Source: a virus
Lineage: Duplodnaviria > Heunggongvirae > Uroviricota > Caudoviricetes
IMG/VR virus record: IMGVR_UViG_2877958089_000001
DNA: 11,559 nucleotides
Strand: one strand, 5' to 3'
In this document: piece by piece, positions 1-7,343 of the stretch
Position numbering within the stretch: the first letter of the stretch is position 1
Layout: every line of letters starts with the position of its first letter
Position numbers and translations under genes: made by a program
The notes under the pieces: generated by a model
The model's database searches: none
What the model was told of the DNA's origin: nothing
Seen by the model: only the letters and a program-made list of their open reading frames with translations

Positions 1-1164
1 TTACGCCTTCTTTATATCCTCCATAATTCCACAGTGGGACATATTTGGGACATTATCACCAAAAATGTCGTCTATTTTCCTTGCATGCTCTGTCAAATGA
101 TTAGGCGCAAGGTGAGCATACCTACGAACCATTTCTATGGACTCCCATCCGCCCATTTCCTGAAGCACAGATAATGGGACGCCTGACTGGATCAGCCAGC
201 TTGCCCAGGTGTGTCTGAGGTCATGGAAACGGAAATCTTCAATTCCTGCACGACGACAAGCTGATAGCCATGATGTCTTGCTGTCGATGCGCATCTTCCT
301 GACCGCAGGCGTTGATGTTCCATCTGCTCGCTTAGCCGCCTTGGTATGTACAAACACCCATTTGTGATGCTTGCCTATTTGATCACGCAACACTTTACAG
401 GCGGTATCGTTCAGCGCCACACCAATGGCGCGGTTTGATTTGCTCTCTTCTGGATTCACCCAGGCAACTCGTCGCTGCATGTCGATTTGTTGCCATTCCA
501 GATTTATGATGTTCGACTTTCTCAGACCAGTTGCCAGCGCAAACTTGACGACAGATTTCAGTGGTTCGGGGCACTCATCAATAAGGCGTTTTGCTTCCTC
601 CTTTTCCAGCCATCTGACTCGCTTGTTTCTGACCGCTGGTATCTTGATGACAGGCGCTTTTTCCAGCCACTTCCAGTCGCGTTCTGCAGCACGGAGAATG
701 GCCTTTATCATGGCAAGATGCTTTGCCTTTGTCTGAGTTGATACTGGCTTTGGTTCATAAACAGGCGGTTCTTTACCTTTCCTGATGGCGGCCTGAACTT
801 TCTGTTTCCATATTTCTTTCGTCTTTCTGTTATGCATTCTGCTTACAGCAGAGTAAATCTTTGCCTCCGAGATATCTTTAAGCCTTATACCCTCAAAATG
901 TTCAAGCCAGAACTCAATCCGGCTTTTATCTGAATCGAGAGATTTTTTATCAGCTTTTTCCTCAAGCCATCTTAGGCAGGCCTCTTCAAAAGTGACATCA
1001 GGTAAATCCCCTAGCTTTTCTACTCGCCAGAGTTCTGCTTTTCGCTTGTCGTGCAACTCCTGAGCTTGCCGCTTGTCCTTTGTGCCAAGAGATTCCTTAA
1101 TTCGTTTCCCGCCCGGGAGCGAATACGAGGCATACCATATTTCATTTCTGCGGAAGAGTGACAT
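1..1164 (-). CDS. intD: Phage integrase, tyrosine recombinase family (DLP12 IntD-like), 387 aa
   Basis: Full-length minus-strand ORF. C-terminal catalytic region with the tyrosine-recombinase signatures ([10 protein letters not shown] box and MVRRYAHL with the catalytic Tyr). ATG at 1164 is preceded on the coding strand by a GAGGAAAG Shine-Dalgarno. Sequence recognised from memory as the DLP12-type integrase. Confidence 0.93.
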   Translation of the reverse strand: MSLFRRNEIWYASYSLPGGKRIKESLGTKDKRQAQELHDKRKAELWRVEKLGDLPDVTFEEACLRWLEEKADKKSLDSDKSRIEFWLEHFEGIRLKDISEAKIYSAVSRMHNRKTKEIWKQKVQAAIRKGKEPPVYEPKPVSTQTKAKHLAMIKAILRAAERDWKWLEKAPVIKIPAVRNKRVRWLEKEEAKRLIDECPEPLKSVVKFALATGLRKSNIINLEWQQIDMQRRVAWVNPEESKSNRAIGVALNDTACKVLRDQIGKHHKWVFVHTKAAKRADGTSTPAVRKMRIDSKTSWLSACRRAGIEDFRFHDLRHTWASWLIQSGVPLSVLQEMGGWESIEMVRRYAHLAPNHLTEHARKIDDIFGDNVPNMSHCGIMEDIKKA

Positions 1165-1391
1165 TTTCTTTCCTCTGTTATGCCATCACCCGCGCTCACC
1201 TGGACAGTATGCAGCGGAGACTGAAGCGCCGCAATGCAAGCTTGCCGTGTTGTGAGGTAAGGAGATTTTGGCTTGGTTGGATCTTTACGTGTTGCCTGTA
1301 GGCGGCCTGTTCGTATCCAGTTGGTGGCGGTTGGTCTGGATATCTTAAGAAACTGACAGGCCTCATCGAGTGTGAGGCTGTATGGCTCCAT
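1020..1391 (-). CDS. xisD: Excisionase / AlpA-family helix-turn-helix protein (Xis-like); ORF is unusually long and overlaps int by about 145 nt
   Basis: ATG at 1391 preceded by GAGGTGA; its start overlaps the stop of the upstream ORF as TAATG. N-terminal segment [28 protein letters not shown] is a typical AlpA/Xis HTH. The ORF continues to 1020 in a different frame from int. Confidence 0.6.
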   Translation of the reverse strand: MEPYSLTLDEACQFLKISRPTATNWIRTGRLQATRKDPTKPKSPYLTTRQACIAALQSPLHTVQVSAGDGITEERKCHSSAEMKYGMPRIRSRAGNELRNLLAQRTSGKLRSCTTSEKQNSGE

Positions 1392-1696
1392 TATTTCACC
1401 TCTTGCTGTGTCATTGTTGAAAAATGGATACCAGCTCGTTGCTGCCAGACGATCCAACCGAGAGTCATATCCCATGCCATGTATTCGTTATCGCCGTTTT
1501 TTACTCTCCGACGATCTACTAAGTCACCGAAACGCTTTTCCATGAATAATTCATAGGCTTCGCGTTCATCTGGCTCTACTTCCAGAGATACGAGTGCGAT
1601 TTCATAAGCACGGCGCTCAATATCGTCTCGAACCTCTAGGCTGCTGATTCGTTCTTTGATTTCTTTAATCAGTTCTTTATTGGTAAATGTGGTCAT
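1391..1696 (-). CDS. Hypothetical small acidic protein (101 aa), early-left accessory region
   Basis: Minus-strand ORF whose start (rc ATG at 1694-1696) overlaps the stop of the upstream gene as TAATG and whose stop overlaps the xis start as TAATG. Glu/Asp-rich, predicted helical. No family recognised. Confidence 0.45.
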   Translation of the reverse strand: MTTFTNKELIKEIKERISSLEVRDDIERRAYEIALVSLEVEPDEREAYELFMEKRFGDLVDRRRVKNGDNEYMAWDMTLGWIVWQQRAGIHFSTMTQQEVK

Positions 1697-1815
1697 TATG
1701 CTCCAGCCTCCGGTGCTTTTGGCATTACTGCCCAGTGAGTGATATTGACGTTTTCAAGGTCCCCGACCTGAAATGTCCACTGCCATTCTCCGGTTTCTTT
1801 TTGTCCCCAGGTGTA
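1696..1815 (-). CDS. 3' end (about 39 codons) of an unidentified minus-strand gene whose body lies in the N-run
   Basis: Open minus-strand frame ending ...YTWGQKETGEWQWTFQVGDLENVNITHWAVMPKAPEAGA with stop at 1696-1698, coupled by TAATG to the next ORF. Upstream part is masked by Ns. Confidence 0.3.
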   Translation of the reverse strand, partial: YTWGQKETGEWQWTFQVGDLENVNITHWAVMPKAPEAGA

Positions 1816-1915
1816 NNNNNNNNNNNNNNNNNNNNNNNNNNNNNNNNNNNNNNNNNNNNNNNNNNNNNNNNNNNNNNNNNNNNNNNNNNNNNNNNNNNNN
1901 NNNNNNNNNNNNNNN
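1816..1915. other. Run of 100 N (assembly gap or masked segment of unknown true length)
   Basis: Directly visible in the sequence. Confidence 0.99.
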
Positions 1916-2109
1916 GGGTGCCTCCCGGTGCCTGGCGAAGGTTGCACACCAGGCGGGTGGGTATCCACAGAAGGTCGACTGTCAGCCTCAACCTTAACCC
2001 GCGTGCGCTGAGCCGCATTCACCACAACGCTAAGGATTCTCTCTGGTTGAAAATACTTAGCTGTTATGTGCCTGCTTTTAGCCACATCAGGCGAGGTGGA
2101 CCTGGTTAT

Positions 2110-2155
2110 TCCCCAACAACAAGGATTCGGTTAATCTGGATATCCCCAACAACAA
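2110..2155 (+). repeat. Two exact 13-bp direct repeats TCCCCAACAACAA (2110-2122 and 2143-2155), 33 bp centre to centre
   Basis: Read directly from the sequence; sits 15-60 bp upstream of the GTG start of the coiled-coil/zinc-ribbon ORF. Confidence 0.8.
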
Positions 2156-2169
2156 TAAGAGTATTCAAT

Positions 2170-2685
2170 GTGATCGCTGAATTAACGGCAGCAATGACGG
2201 CTATTCGTGAAACAGCCCAGATTGCAAAACTAATGAACGAGGCAAAAACTCAAGCTGAAGTAAATGCGGCTATTGGTGAGCTGAACTCAAAGCTTGCGTC
2301 TATTCAGCGCGAATGCGTGTCTCTCGTTGAACTGGTGGGCTCTTATCAAGAAATAAATGCTTCTCTCAAAGCTAAAATTGCAGAATTCGAAAACTTTGAG
2401 GCTCAGACGGAAGGCTATATCCTTAACCAACTTGAGTCGGGTACTTTTGTATACTCGAAGGAGGTAATCGTGAACGGTGGCAGCATAACCATGCATCTTT
2501 GCCCAAAATGTTTTGGACAAAAGATAGTATCGATACTTCAACCATTCCCGGTTAGCGAAGATGAGCTTTTTCATAAAAGCAGGTGCCTCCACTGTGAAAA
2601 TAAGTTTCTGATGAATAAAAATCCGGATTACGTATCGCCTCCATCCATTGAGGAGTTGTCCAGAAAACTTAACGGCAATCTGTAG
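2170..2685 (+). CDS. Hypothetical protein, N-terminal coiled coil plus C-terminal CxxC...CxxC zinc ribbon (about 171 aa from GTG 2170; alternative ATG at 2194)
   Basis: Long open frame with AGAG purine tract upstream of GTG 2170. Heptad-like helical N-terminus (AELTAAMTAIRETAQIAKLMNEAKTQAEVNAAIGELNSKLASIQ...), then CPKC, about 24 residues, CLHC. GC content is visibly lower than the flanking phage genes. The frame is also open upstream into the N-run, so the true start is uncertain. Confidence 0.55.
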   Translation: MIAELTAAMTAIRETAQIAKLMNEAKTQAEVNAAIGELNSKLASIQRECVSLVELVGSYQEINASLKAKIAEFENFEAQTEGYILNQLESGTFVYSKEVIVNGGSITMHLCPKCFGQKIVSILQPFPVSEDELFHKSRCLHCENKFLMNKNPDYVSPPSIEELSRKLNGNL

Positions 2686-2810
2686 ATTACTACTGTTGTG
2701 GATACCGTGGCATTTGAAGAGAAGTATGGCTCCCAGCTGGAGCTGATATTTCGTTTTATCGATCGCGCACTGGCGATTGGTGTGCTGGCCTGATTTTGTG
2801 GAGAAAGTTA

Positions 2811-3194
2811 ATGCGTGATATTCAGATGGTTCTTGAACGTTGGGGAGCGTGGGCGGCTAATAATCATGAAGATGTGACCTGGTCGTCCATTGCCGCCGGT
2901 TTTAAGGGATTAATTCCTTCAAAAGTAAAATCTCGCCCGCAATGTTGTGACGATGACGCGATGATCATTTGCGGGTGCATGGCCCGTCTGAAAAAGAACA
3001 ACAGCGATTTGCACGATTTATTAGTAGATTATTATGTAGTCGGTATGACATTCATGTCACTGGCAGGTAAGCATTGCTGCTCTGATGGTTATATCGGGAA
3101 AAGGTTACAGAAGGCTGAGGGCATAATTGAAGGGATGTTAATGGCATTAGATATCCGGTTAGAGATGGATATCGTTGTTAATAACTCTAATTAA
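2811..3194 (+). CDS. quuD: Late-gene antiterminator Q (short Q of the phage 82 / DLP12 QuuD type), 127 aa
   Basis: ATG 2811 preceded by GGAGAAAG. Cys-rich segments ([24 protein letters not shown]) typical of zinc-binding Q proteins. Position immediately upstream of terminator hairpins and the lysis cassette. Recognised from memory as the DLP12 Q-like protein. Confidence 0.8.
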   Translation: MRDIQMVLERWGAWAANNHEDVTWSSIAAGFKGLIPSKVKSRPQCCDDDAMIICGCMARLKKNNSDLHDLLVDYYVVGMTFMSLAGKHCCSDGYIGKRLQKAEGIIEGMLMALDIRLEMDIVVNNSN

Positions 3195-3227
3195 TATGCC
3201 AATTGTTTACTGAAAGTTATTAAAAAT

Positions 3228-3245
3228 GGGGCGTTGCAACGCCCC
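3228..3245 (-). terminator. GC-rich perfect palindrome GGGGCGTTGCAACGCCCC followed by a T-run on the minus strand; probable intrinsic terminator of the porin gene
   Basis: Palindrome read from the sequence; on the minus strand it is followed by ATTTTTAAT. Lies about 140 nt downstream of the porin stop codon in the minus-strand direction. Confidence 0.5.
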
Positions 3246-3333
3246 CAAAAATAAAGGGTAATATATAACAGAAGGTTTATATAGTTAGAAGCAAGGTTGT
3301 GCTCCTAAAGGAAGTGGCTTGAGGGAGCCACTT

Positions 3334-3373
3334 ATATGTTGGGGAGGCAACGCCTCCCGCAACATATCTTTTT
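3334..3373 (+). terminator. tR'-like intrinsic terminator downstream of Q (long hairpin plus CTTTTT)
   Basis: ATATGTTG-GGGAGGC-AAC-GCCTCCC-G-CAACATAT forms an approximately 15-bp stem with one bulge, immediately followed by CTTTTT (3368-3373). Location 140-180 nt downstream of the Q stop matches the lambdoid pR'/tR' arrangement. Confidence 0.55.
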
Positions 3374-3383
3374 CGTAATCAGA

Positions 3384-4481
3384 TTAGAACTGGTAAACCA
3401 GACCTACAGCAACGATGTCATCAGTGCTTACACCGAGTGCTTTAGTGAAGTCATTTTTGTCAAGCAGGTTGATTTTGTAATCAACGAAAGTAGACATATT
3501 TTTGTTGAAGTAATAGGTTGCACCTACATCAACATATTTGACTAAGTCCTGATCGCCCCATACTCCAAGATCCTTACCTTTAGATTGCAGGTAAGCAACG
3601 GACGGACGCAGACCGAAATCGAACTGATATTGTGCAACAGCTTCGAAGTTTTGAGCTTTATTAGCAACGAAGTGATCAGCAAATACAGTCATATTCTGGG
3701 TTTCAGAATAGGTAGTGGCCAGGTAAATGTTGTTAGCGTCATATTTCAGACCTGCGGCCCAAACTTCTGCATTTTTACCGGAAGCAAATACTTCAGGAAG
3801 AACTTTCCCTGCATTAACTTGAGTGTCGGTACGATCAGATTTCGCATAAGTTGCACCGATACCGAATCCTTCGTATTCATAGGTAGCAGAGAAACCGAAG
3901 CCATCACCGTTACCTTCGGTGTAGTTATCGAAATCGCTACGATCGTTTTTGCCTTGGTACTGAGCAGCAAAGTTCAGACCATCAACCAGACCAAAGAAGT
4001 CGTTGTTACGATAGGTTGCAACACCAGTGGTGCGACCAGTCATGAACACATCTGTTTGGGTCCAGGTATCGCCACCGAATTCTGGCAGAACGTCAGTCCA
4101 CGCACCGATGTCGTATGCTACACCGTAGTTACGGCCGTAATCGATTGAGCCGTAGTCACCGAATTTCAGGCCTGCAAATGCAAGACGGGTTTTGTCTTTG
4201 GAGGAACCTTGAGATTCAGCGCGGTTGCCTTTGAATTCATATTCCCACTGACCGAAACCAGTCAGCTGATCGTTGATTTGGGTTTCGCCTTTGAAGCCCA
4301 GACGAACATAAGTAGTATCACCATCATCTGCATCGTTAGAGGAAAAGTAGTGCTTGGCATTAACTTTCCCGTACAGATCCAGCTTGTTACTGTCTTTATT
4401 ATAAATTTCAGCTGCCTGAGCAGACATCGCCATCAGTACTGATGCAGCTACAGCAGAAATTGCCACTGTTAATTTTTTCAT
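3384..4481 (-). CDS. nmpC: Outer-membrane general porin, OmpC/OmpF family (prophage-encoded NmpC / Lc-like), intact 365 aa
   Basis: Signal peptide [23 protein letters not shown] followed by AEIYNKD; porin-like Gly/Tyr/Asp-rich beta-strand pattern; C-terminal ...GLVYQF with terminal Phe. Recognised from memory as the DLP12 / PA-2 phage porin. Confidence 0.93.
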   Translation of the reverse strand: MKKLTVAISAVAASVLMAMSAQAAEIYNKDSNKLDLYGKVNAKHYFSSNDADDGDTTYVRLGFKGETQINDQLTGFGQWEYEFKGNRAESQGSSKDKTRLAFAGLKFGDYGSIDYGRNYGVAYDIGAWTDVLPEFGGDTWTQTDVFMTGRTTGVATYRNNDFFGLVDGLNFAAQYQGKNDRSDFDNYTEGNGDGFGFSATYEYEGFGIGATYAKSDRTDTQVNAGKVLPEVFASGKNAEVWAAGLKYDANNIYLATTYSETQNMTVFADHFVANKAQNFEAVAQYQFDFGLRPSVAYLQSKGKDLGVWGDQDLVKYVDVGATYYFNKNMSTFVDYKINLLDKNDFTKALGVSTDDIVAVGLVYQF

Positions 4482-4959
4482 CGTGAGCCCTTTTTTTTGA
4501 ACTATTATTAAAAAATGATGTCACTGCGCGATAAATATTCATCTAATCAATGTGATTATTTCAAGATGTAAGTTTTAGTTTCTCATTTAATTTGTGAAGT
4601 AGATCTCTATTTTTATCTGAACTTTTTCTATCGAAACCTATTTATGGCTCTTATTTGAACAAAAATAAATCTATTAGCTAATTTATATTAATGGCTGTTA
4701 TTTATGGTGGTTCTATAATTCGTCTGTTTAATTTAAACCGGCTAAAAATAACACTGGAAATTATTTATTGGTTATTTGTTGAGGTTTTCTTATGTATTTG
4801 TGGTGATGTTTTGAACACTCGGTAGCATTCTCATAAATATCATTCAGTGGTTTACGTACGTAAAAAATTGGTTATGCTGTTAAGAGTGGTTACTTCGTCA
4901 CACAGCTTAAACCCGCCGTCGAGCTGGTTTTTCCATTTTTTGAGTCTCGATATTAGCTG

Positions 4960-5016
4960 ATAACTCAATACCTGAGTTATTCACTGACTCGGAGTCAGTT
5001 ACGTTTCTGCTTTTTT
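4960..5016 (+). promoter_or_regulatory. Two adjacent palindromes (ATAACTCA-n5-TGAGTTAT at 4960-4980; ACTGACTC-G-GAGTCAGT at 4983-4999) followed by a T-rich tract, about 70 bp upstream of the holin
   Basis: Read directly from the sequence; function (terminator-like structure in the late leader or operator) is inferred. Confidence 0.35.
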
Positions 5017-5069
5017 GCGATACGTTGTATTCCCTCAATTTACACCCGCTTTGTCTGCGAGGTGGGGTT

Positions 5070-5285
5070 ATGAAATTCATGGATAAGTTAACAACTGGAG
5101 TCGCCTATGGCACCTCAGCAGGTAGTGCCGGTTACTGGTTTTTACAGCTGCTCGATAAAGTCACTCCCTCACAGTGGGCAGCAATAGGTGTGCTGGGTAG
5201 CCTGGTATTTGGCCTGCTGACGTACCTGACAAACCTTTATTTCAAGATTAAAGAAGATAAGCGCAAGGCTGCGAGAGGTGAATAA
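5070..5285 (+). CDS. essD: Class II holin / pinholin, phage 21 S-like, 71 aa, dual-start motif MKFM
   Basis: GGTGGGG Shine-Dalgarno before ATG 5070. Met1-Lys2-Phe3-Met4 dual start, two hydrophobic segments, charged C-terminus [13 protein letters not shown]. Stop overlaps the next ATG as TAATG. The ORF-track start at 5025 is an upstream in-frame extension. Confidence 0.88.
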   Translation: MKFMDKLTTGVAYGTSAGSAGYWFLQLLDKVTPSQWAAIGVLGSLVFGLLTYLTNLYFKIKEDKRKAARGE

Positions 5286-5292
5286 TGCCTCC
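5285..5292 (+). CDS. rrrD: First 8 nt (ATGCCTCC, Met-Pro-) of the endolysin gene; remainder lost in the N-run
   Basis: ATG overlapping the holin stop, reading M-P-(P/S), as in the phage 21 / DLP12 endolysin that follows this holin type. Call rests on gene order and three codons only. Confidence 0.4.
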
Positions 5293-5392
5293 NNNNNNNN
5301 NNNNNNNNNNNNNNNNNNNNNNNNNNNNNNNNNNNNNNNNNNNNNNNNNNNNNNNNNNNNNNNNNNNNNNNNNNNNNNNNNNNNNNNNNNNN
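5293..5392. other. Run of 100 N; must stand for at least about 0.6 kb (most of the endolysin plus the 5' part of Rz)
   Basis: Holin and Rz C-terminus flank the gap; an endolysin (about 165 aa) and about 64 codons of Rz cannot fit in 100 nt. Confidence 0.95.
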
Positions 5393-5661
5393 ATGCAAAA
5401 TACACGAAGGAGTTAGCTGATGCGAAAGCTGAAAATGATGCTCTGCGTGATGATGTTGCCGCTGGTCGTCGTCGGTTGCACATCAAAGCAGTCTGTCAGT
5501 CAGTGCGTGAAGCCACCACGGCCTCCGGCGTGGATAATGCAGCCTCCCCCCGACTGGCAGACACCGCTGAACGGGATTATTTCACCCTCAGAGAGAGGCT
5601 GATCACTATGCAAAAACAACTGGAAGGAACCCAGAAGTATATTAATGAGCAGTGCAGATAG
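5393..5661 (+). CDS. rzpD: Spanin inner-membrane subunit Rz, C-terminal 89 aa (5' part in gap)
   Basis: Frame ends ...RDYFTLRERLITMQKQLEGTQKYINEQCR, recognised as the lambda Rz C-terminus. Confidence 0.85.
5420..5602 (+). CDS. rzoD: Spanin outer-membrane lipoprotein Rz1, 60 aa, embedded in the +1 frame of Rz
   Basis: Lipobox LVVVGC, Pro-rich mature part (KPPRPPAWIMQPPPDWQTP); entirely nested inside Rz, the classic gene-within-gene arrangement. Confidence 0.85.
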   Translation: MRKLKMMLCVMMLPLVVVGCTSKQSVSQCVKPPRPPAWIMQPPPDWQTPLNGIISPSERG

Positions 5662-5692
5662 AGCTGACCATATCGATGGGCAACTCATGCAA

Positions 5693-5986
5693 TTATTTTG
5701 AGCAATACACACGCGCTTCCAGCGGAGTATAAATGCCTAAAGTAATAAAACCGAGCAATCCATTTACGAATGTTTGCTGGGTTTCTGTTTTAACAACATT
5801 TTCTGCGCCGCCACAAATTTTGGCTGCATCGACAGTTTTCTTCTGCCCAATTCCAGAAACGAAGAAATGATGGGTGATGGTTTCCTTTGGTGCTACTGCT
5901 GTCTGTTTGTTTTGAACAGTAAACGTCTGTTGAGCACATCCTGTAATAAGCAGGGCCAGCGCAGTAGCGAGTAGCATTTTTTTCAT
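5693..5986 (-). CDS. bor: Bor lipoprotein (serum-resistance lipoprotein of lambda), 97 aa
   Basis: Signal peptide with lipobox LLITGC; sequence recognised as lambda Bor; position just after Rz on the opposite strand as in lambda. Confidence 0.9.
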   Translation of the reverse strand: MKKMLLATALALLITGCAQQTFTVQNKQTAVAPKETITHHFFVSGIGQKKTVDAAKICGGAENVVKTETQQTFVNGLLGFITLGIYTPLEARVYCSK

Positions 5987-6276
5987 GGTGTTATTCCCGA
6001 TGCTTTTTGAAGTTCGCAGAATCGTATGTGTAGAAAATTAAACAAACCCTAAACAATGAGTTGAAATTTCATATTGTTAATATTTATTAATGTATGTCAG
6101 GTGCGATGAATCGTCATTGTATTCCCGGATTAACTATGTCCACAGCCCTGACGGGGAACTTCTCTGCGGGAGTGTCCGGGAATAATTAAAAACGATGCAC
6201 ACAGGGTTTAGCGCGTACACGTATTGCATTATGCCAACGCCCCGGTGCTGACACGGAAGAAACCGGACGTTATGAT

Positions 6277-6687
6277 TTAGCGTGGAAAGATTTGTGTAGT
6301 GTTCTGAATGCTCTCAGTAAATAGTAATGAATTATCAAAGGTATAGTAATATCTTTTATGTTCGTGGATATTTGTAACCCATCGGAAAACTCCTGCTTTA
6401 GCAAGATTTTCCCTGTATTGCTGAAATGTGATTTCTCTTGATTTCAACCTATCAAAGGACGTTTCTATAAGATGCGTATTTCTTGAGAATTTAACATTTA
6501 CAACCTTTTTAAGTCCTTTTATTAACACAGTGTTATCGTTTTCTAACACAATGTGAATATTATCTGTGGCTAGATAGTAAATATAATGTGAGACATTGTG
6601 ACGTTTTAGTTCAGAATAAAACAATTCACAGTTTAAATCTTTTCGCACTTGATCGAATATTTCTTTAAAAATGGCAACCTGAGCCAT
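6277..6687 (-). CDS. ybcV: DUF1398-family protein (YbcV / lambda p79-like); ATG start at 6687 gives 136 aa, a TTG at 6810 would give 177 aa
   Basis: Same position and size as the ORF between bor and cos in lambda; GGAAGG upstream of ATG 6687. Start choice uncertain. Confidence 0.6.
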   Translation of the reverse strand: MAQVAIFKEIFDQVRKDLNCELFYSELKRHNVSHYIYYLATDNIHIVLENDNTVLIKGLKKVVNVKFSRNTHLIETSFDRLKSREITFQQYRENLAKAGVFRWVTNIHEHKRYYYTFDNSLLFTESIQNTTQIFPR

Positions 6688-6972
6688 TGGTAAAACCTTC
6701 CATGTGATACGAGGGCGCGTAGTTTGCATTATCGTTTTTATCGTTTCAATCTGGTCTGACCTCTTTGTGTTTTGTTGATGATTTATGTCAAATATTAGGA
6801 ATGTTTTCAATTAATAGTATTGGTTGTGTAACAAAGTGCGGTCCTGCTGGCATTCTGGAGGGAAATACAACCGACAGATGTATGTAAGGCCAACGTGCTC
6901 AAATCTTCATACAGAAAGATTTGAAGTAATATTTTAACCGCTAGATGAAGAGCAAGCGCATGGAGCGACAAA

Positions 6973-7179
6973 ATGAATAAAGAACAATCTGCTGATGATC
7001 CCTCCGTGGATCTGATTCGTGTAAAAAATATGCTTAATAGCACCATTTCTATGAGTTACCCTGATGTTGTAATTGCATGTATAGAACATAAGGTGTCTCT
7101 GGAAGCATTCAGGGCAATTGAGGCAGCGTTGGTGAAGCACGATAATAATATGAAGGATTATTCCCTGGTGGTTGACTGA
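6973..7179 (+). CDS. ybcW: Small hypothetical protein (YbcW / lambda p80-like), 68 aa
   Basis: GGAG Shine-Dalgarno 8 nt before ATG 6973; divergent from ybcV; same size and position as the lambda ORF. Confidence 0.55.
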
Positions 7180-7343
7180 TCACCATAACTGCTAATCATT
7201 CAAACTACTTAACCTGTGACAGAGCCAACACGCAGTCTGTCACTGTCAGGAAAGTGGTAAAACTGCAACTCAATTACTGCAATGCCCTCGTAATTAAGTG
7301 AATTTACAATATCGTCCTGTTCGGAGGGAAGAACGCGGGATGT

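Noticed and set aside
425-741. Plus-strand ORFs of 103 and 84 aa inside the integrase gene
   Set aside because: Antisense shadow ORFs of int.
1916-2040. GC-rich segment with stem-loops (for example GCCTGG...CCAGGC); considered as a tRNA or other structured RNA
   Set aside because: No T-arm (GTTCGAAT-like) or D-arm consensus on either strand and no cloverleaf could be drawn. Left unassigned.
1687-2685. 332-aa plus-strand ORF in the six-frame track spanning the first N-run
   Set aside because: It is open across the Ns only because N codons are translated as X. The supportable coding part is 2170-2685; the segment 1916-2169 has three overlapping open frames and no clear coding signal.
3336-4442. 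Plus-strand ORFs (69, 187, 77 aa) antisense to the porin gene
   Set aside because: The porin on the minus strand is strongly supported; these are shadow ORFs. The first also starts inside the tR'-like hairpin.
5025-5069. Upstream extension of the holin ORF ([15 protein letters not shown]...)
   Set aside because: The GGTGGGG ribosome-binding site and the conserved MKFM dual-start motif place the real start at 5070.
5278-5661. 127-aa ORF starting MNNAS and running through the second N-run into Rz
   Set aside because: Artefact of joining a GTG upstream of the gap to the Rz frame across Ns. The real endolysin start is the ATG at 5285 in another frame, and Rz is a separate gene.
6136-6189. 17-codon ORF (MSTALTGNFSAGVSGNN) inside the inverted repeat between bor and ybcV
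   Set aside because: No Shine-Dalgarno and no recognisable features; reported only as part of the inverted-repeat observation.
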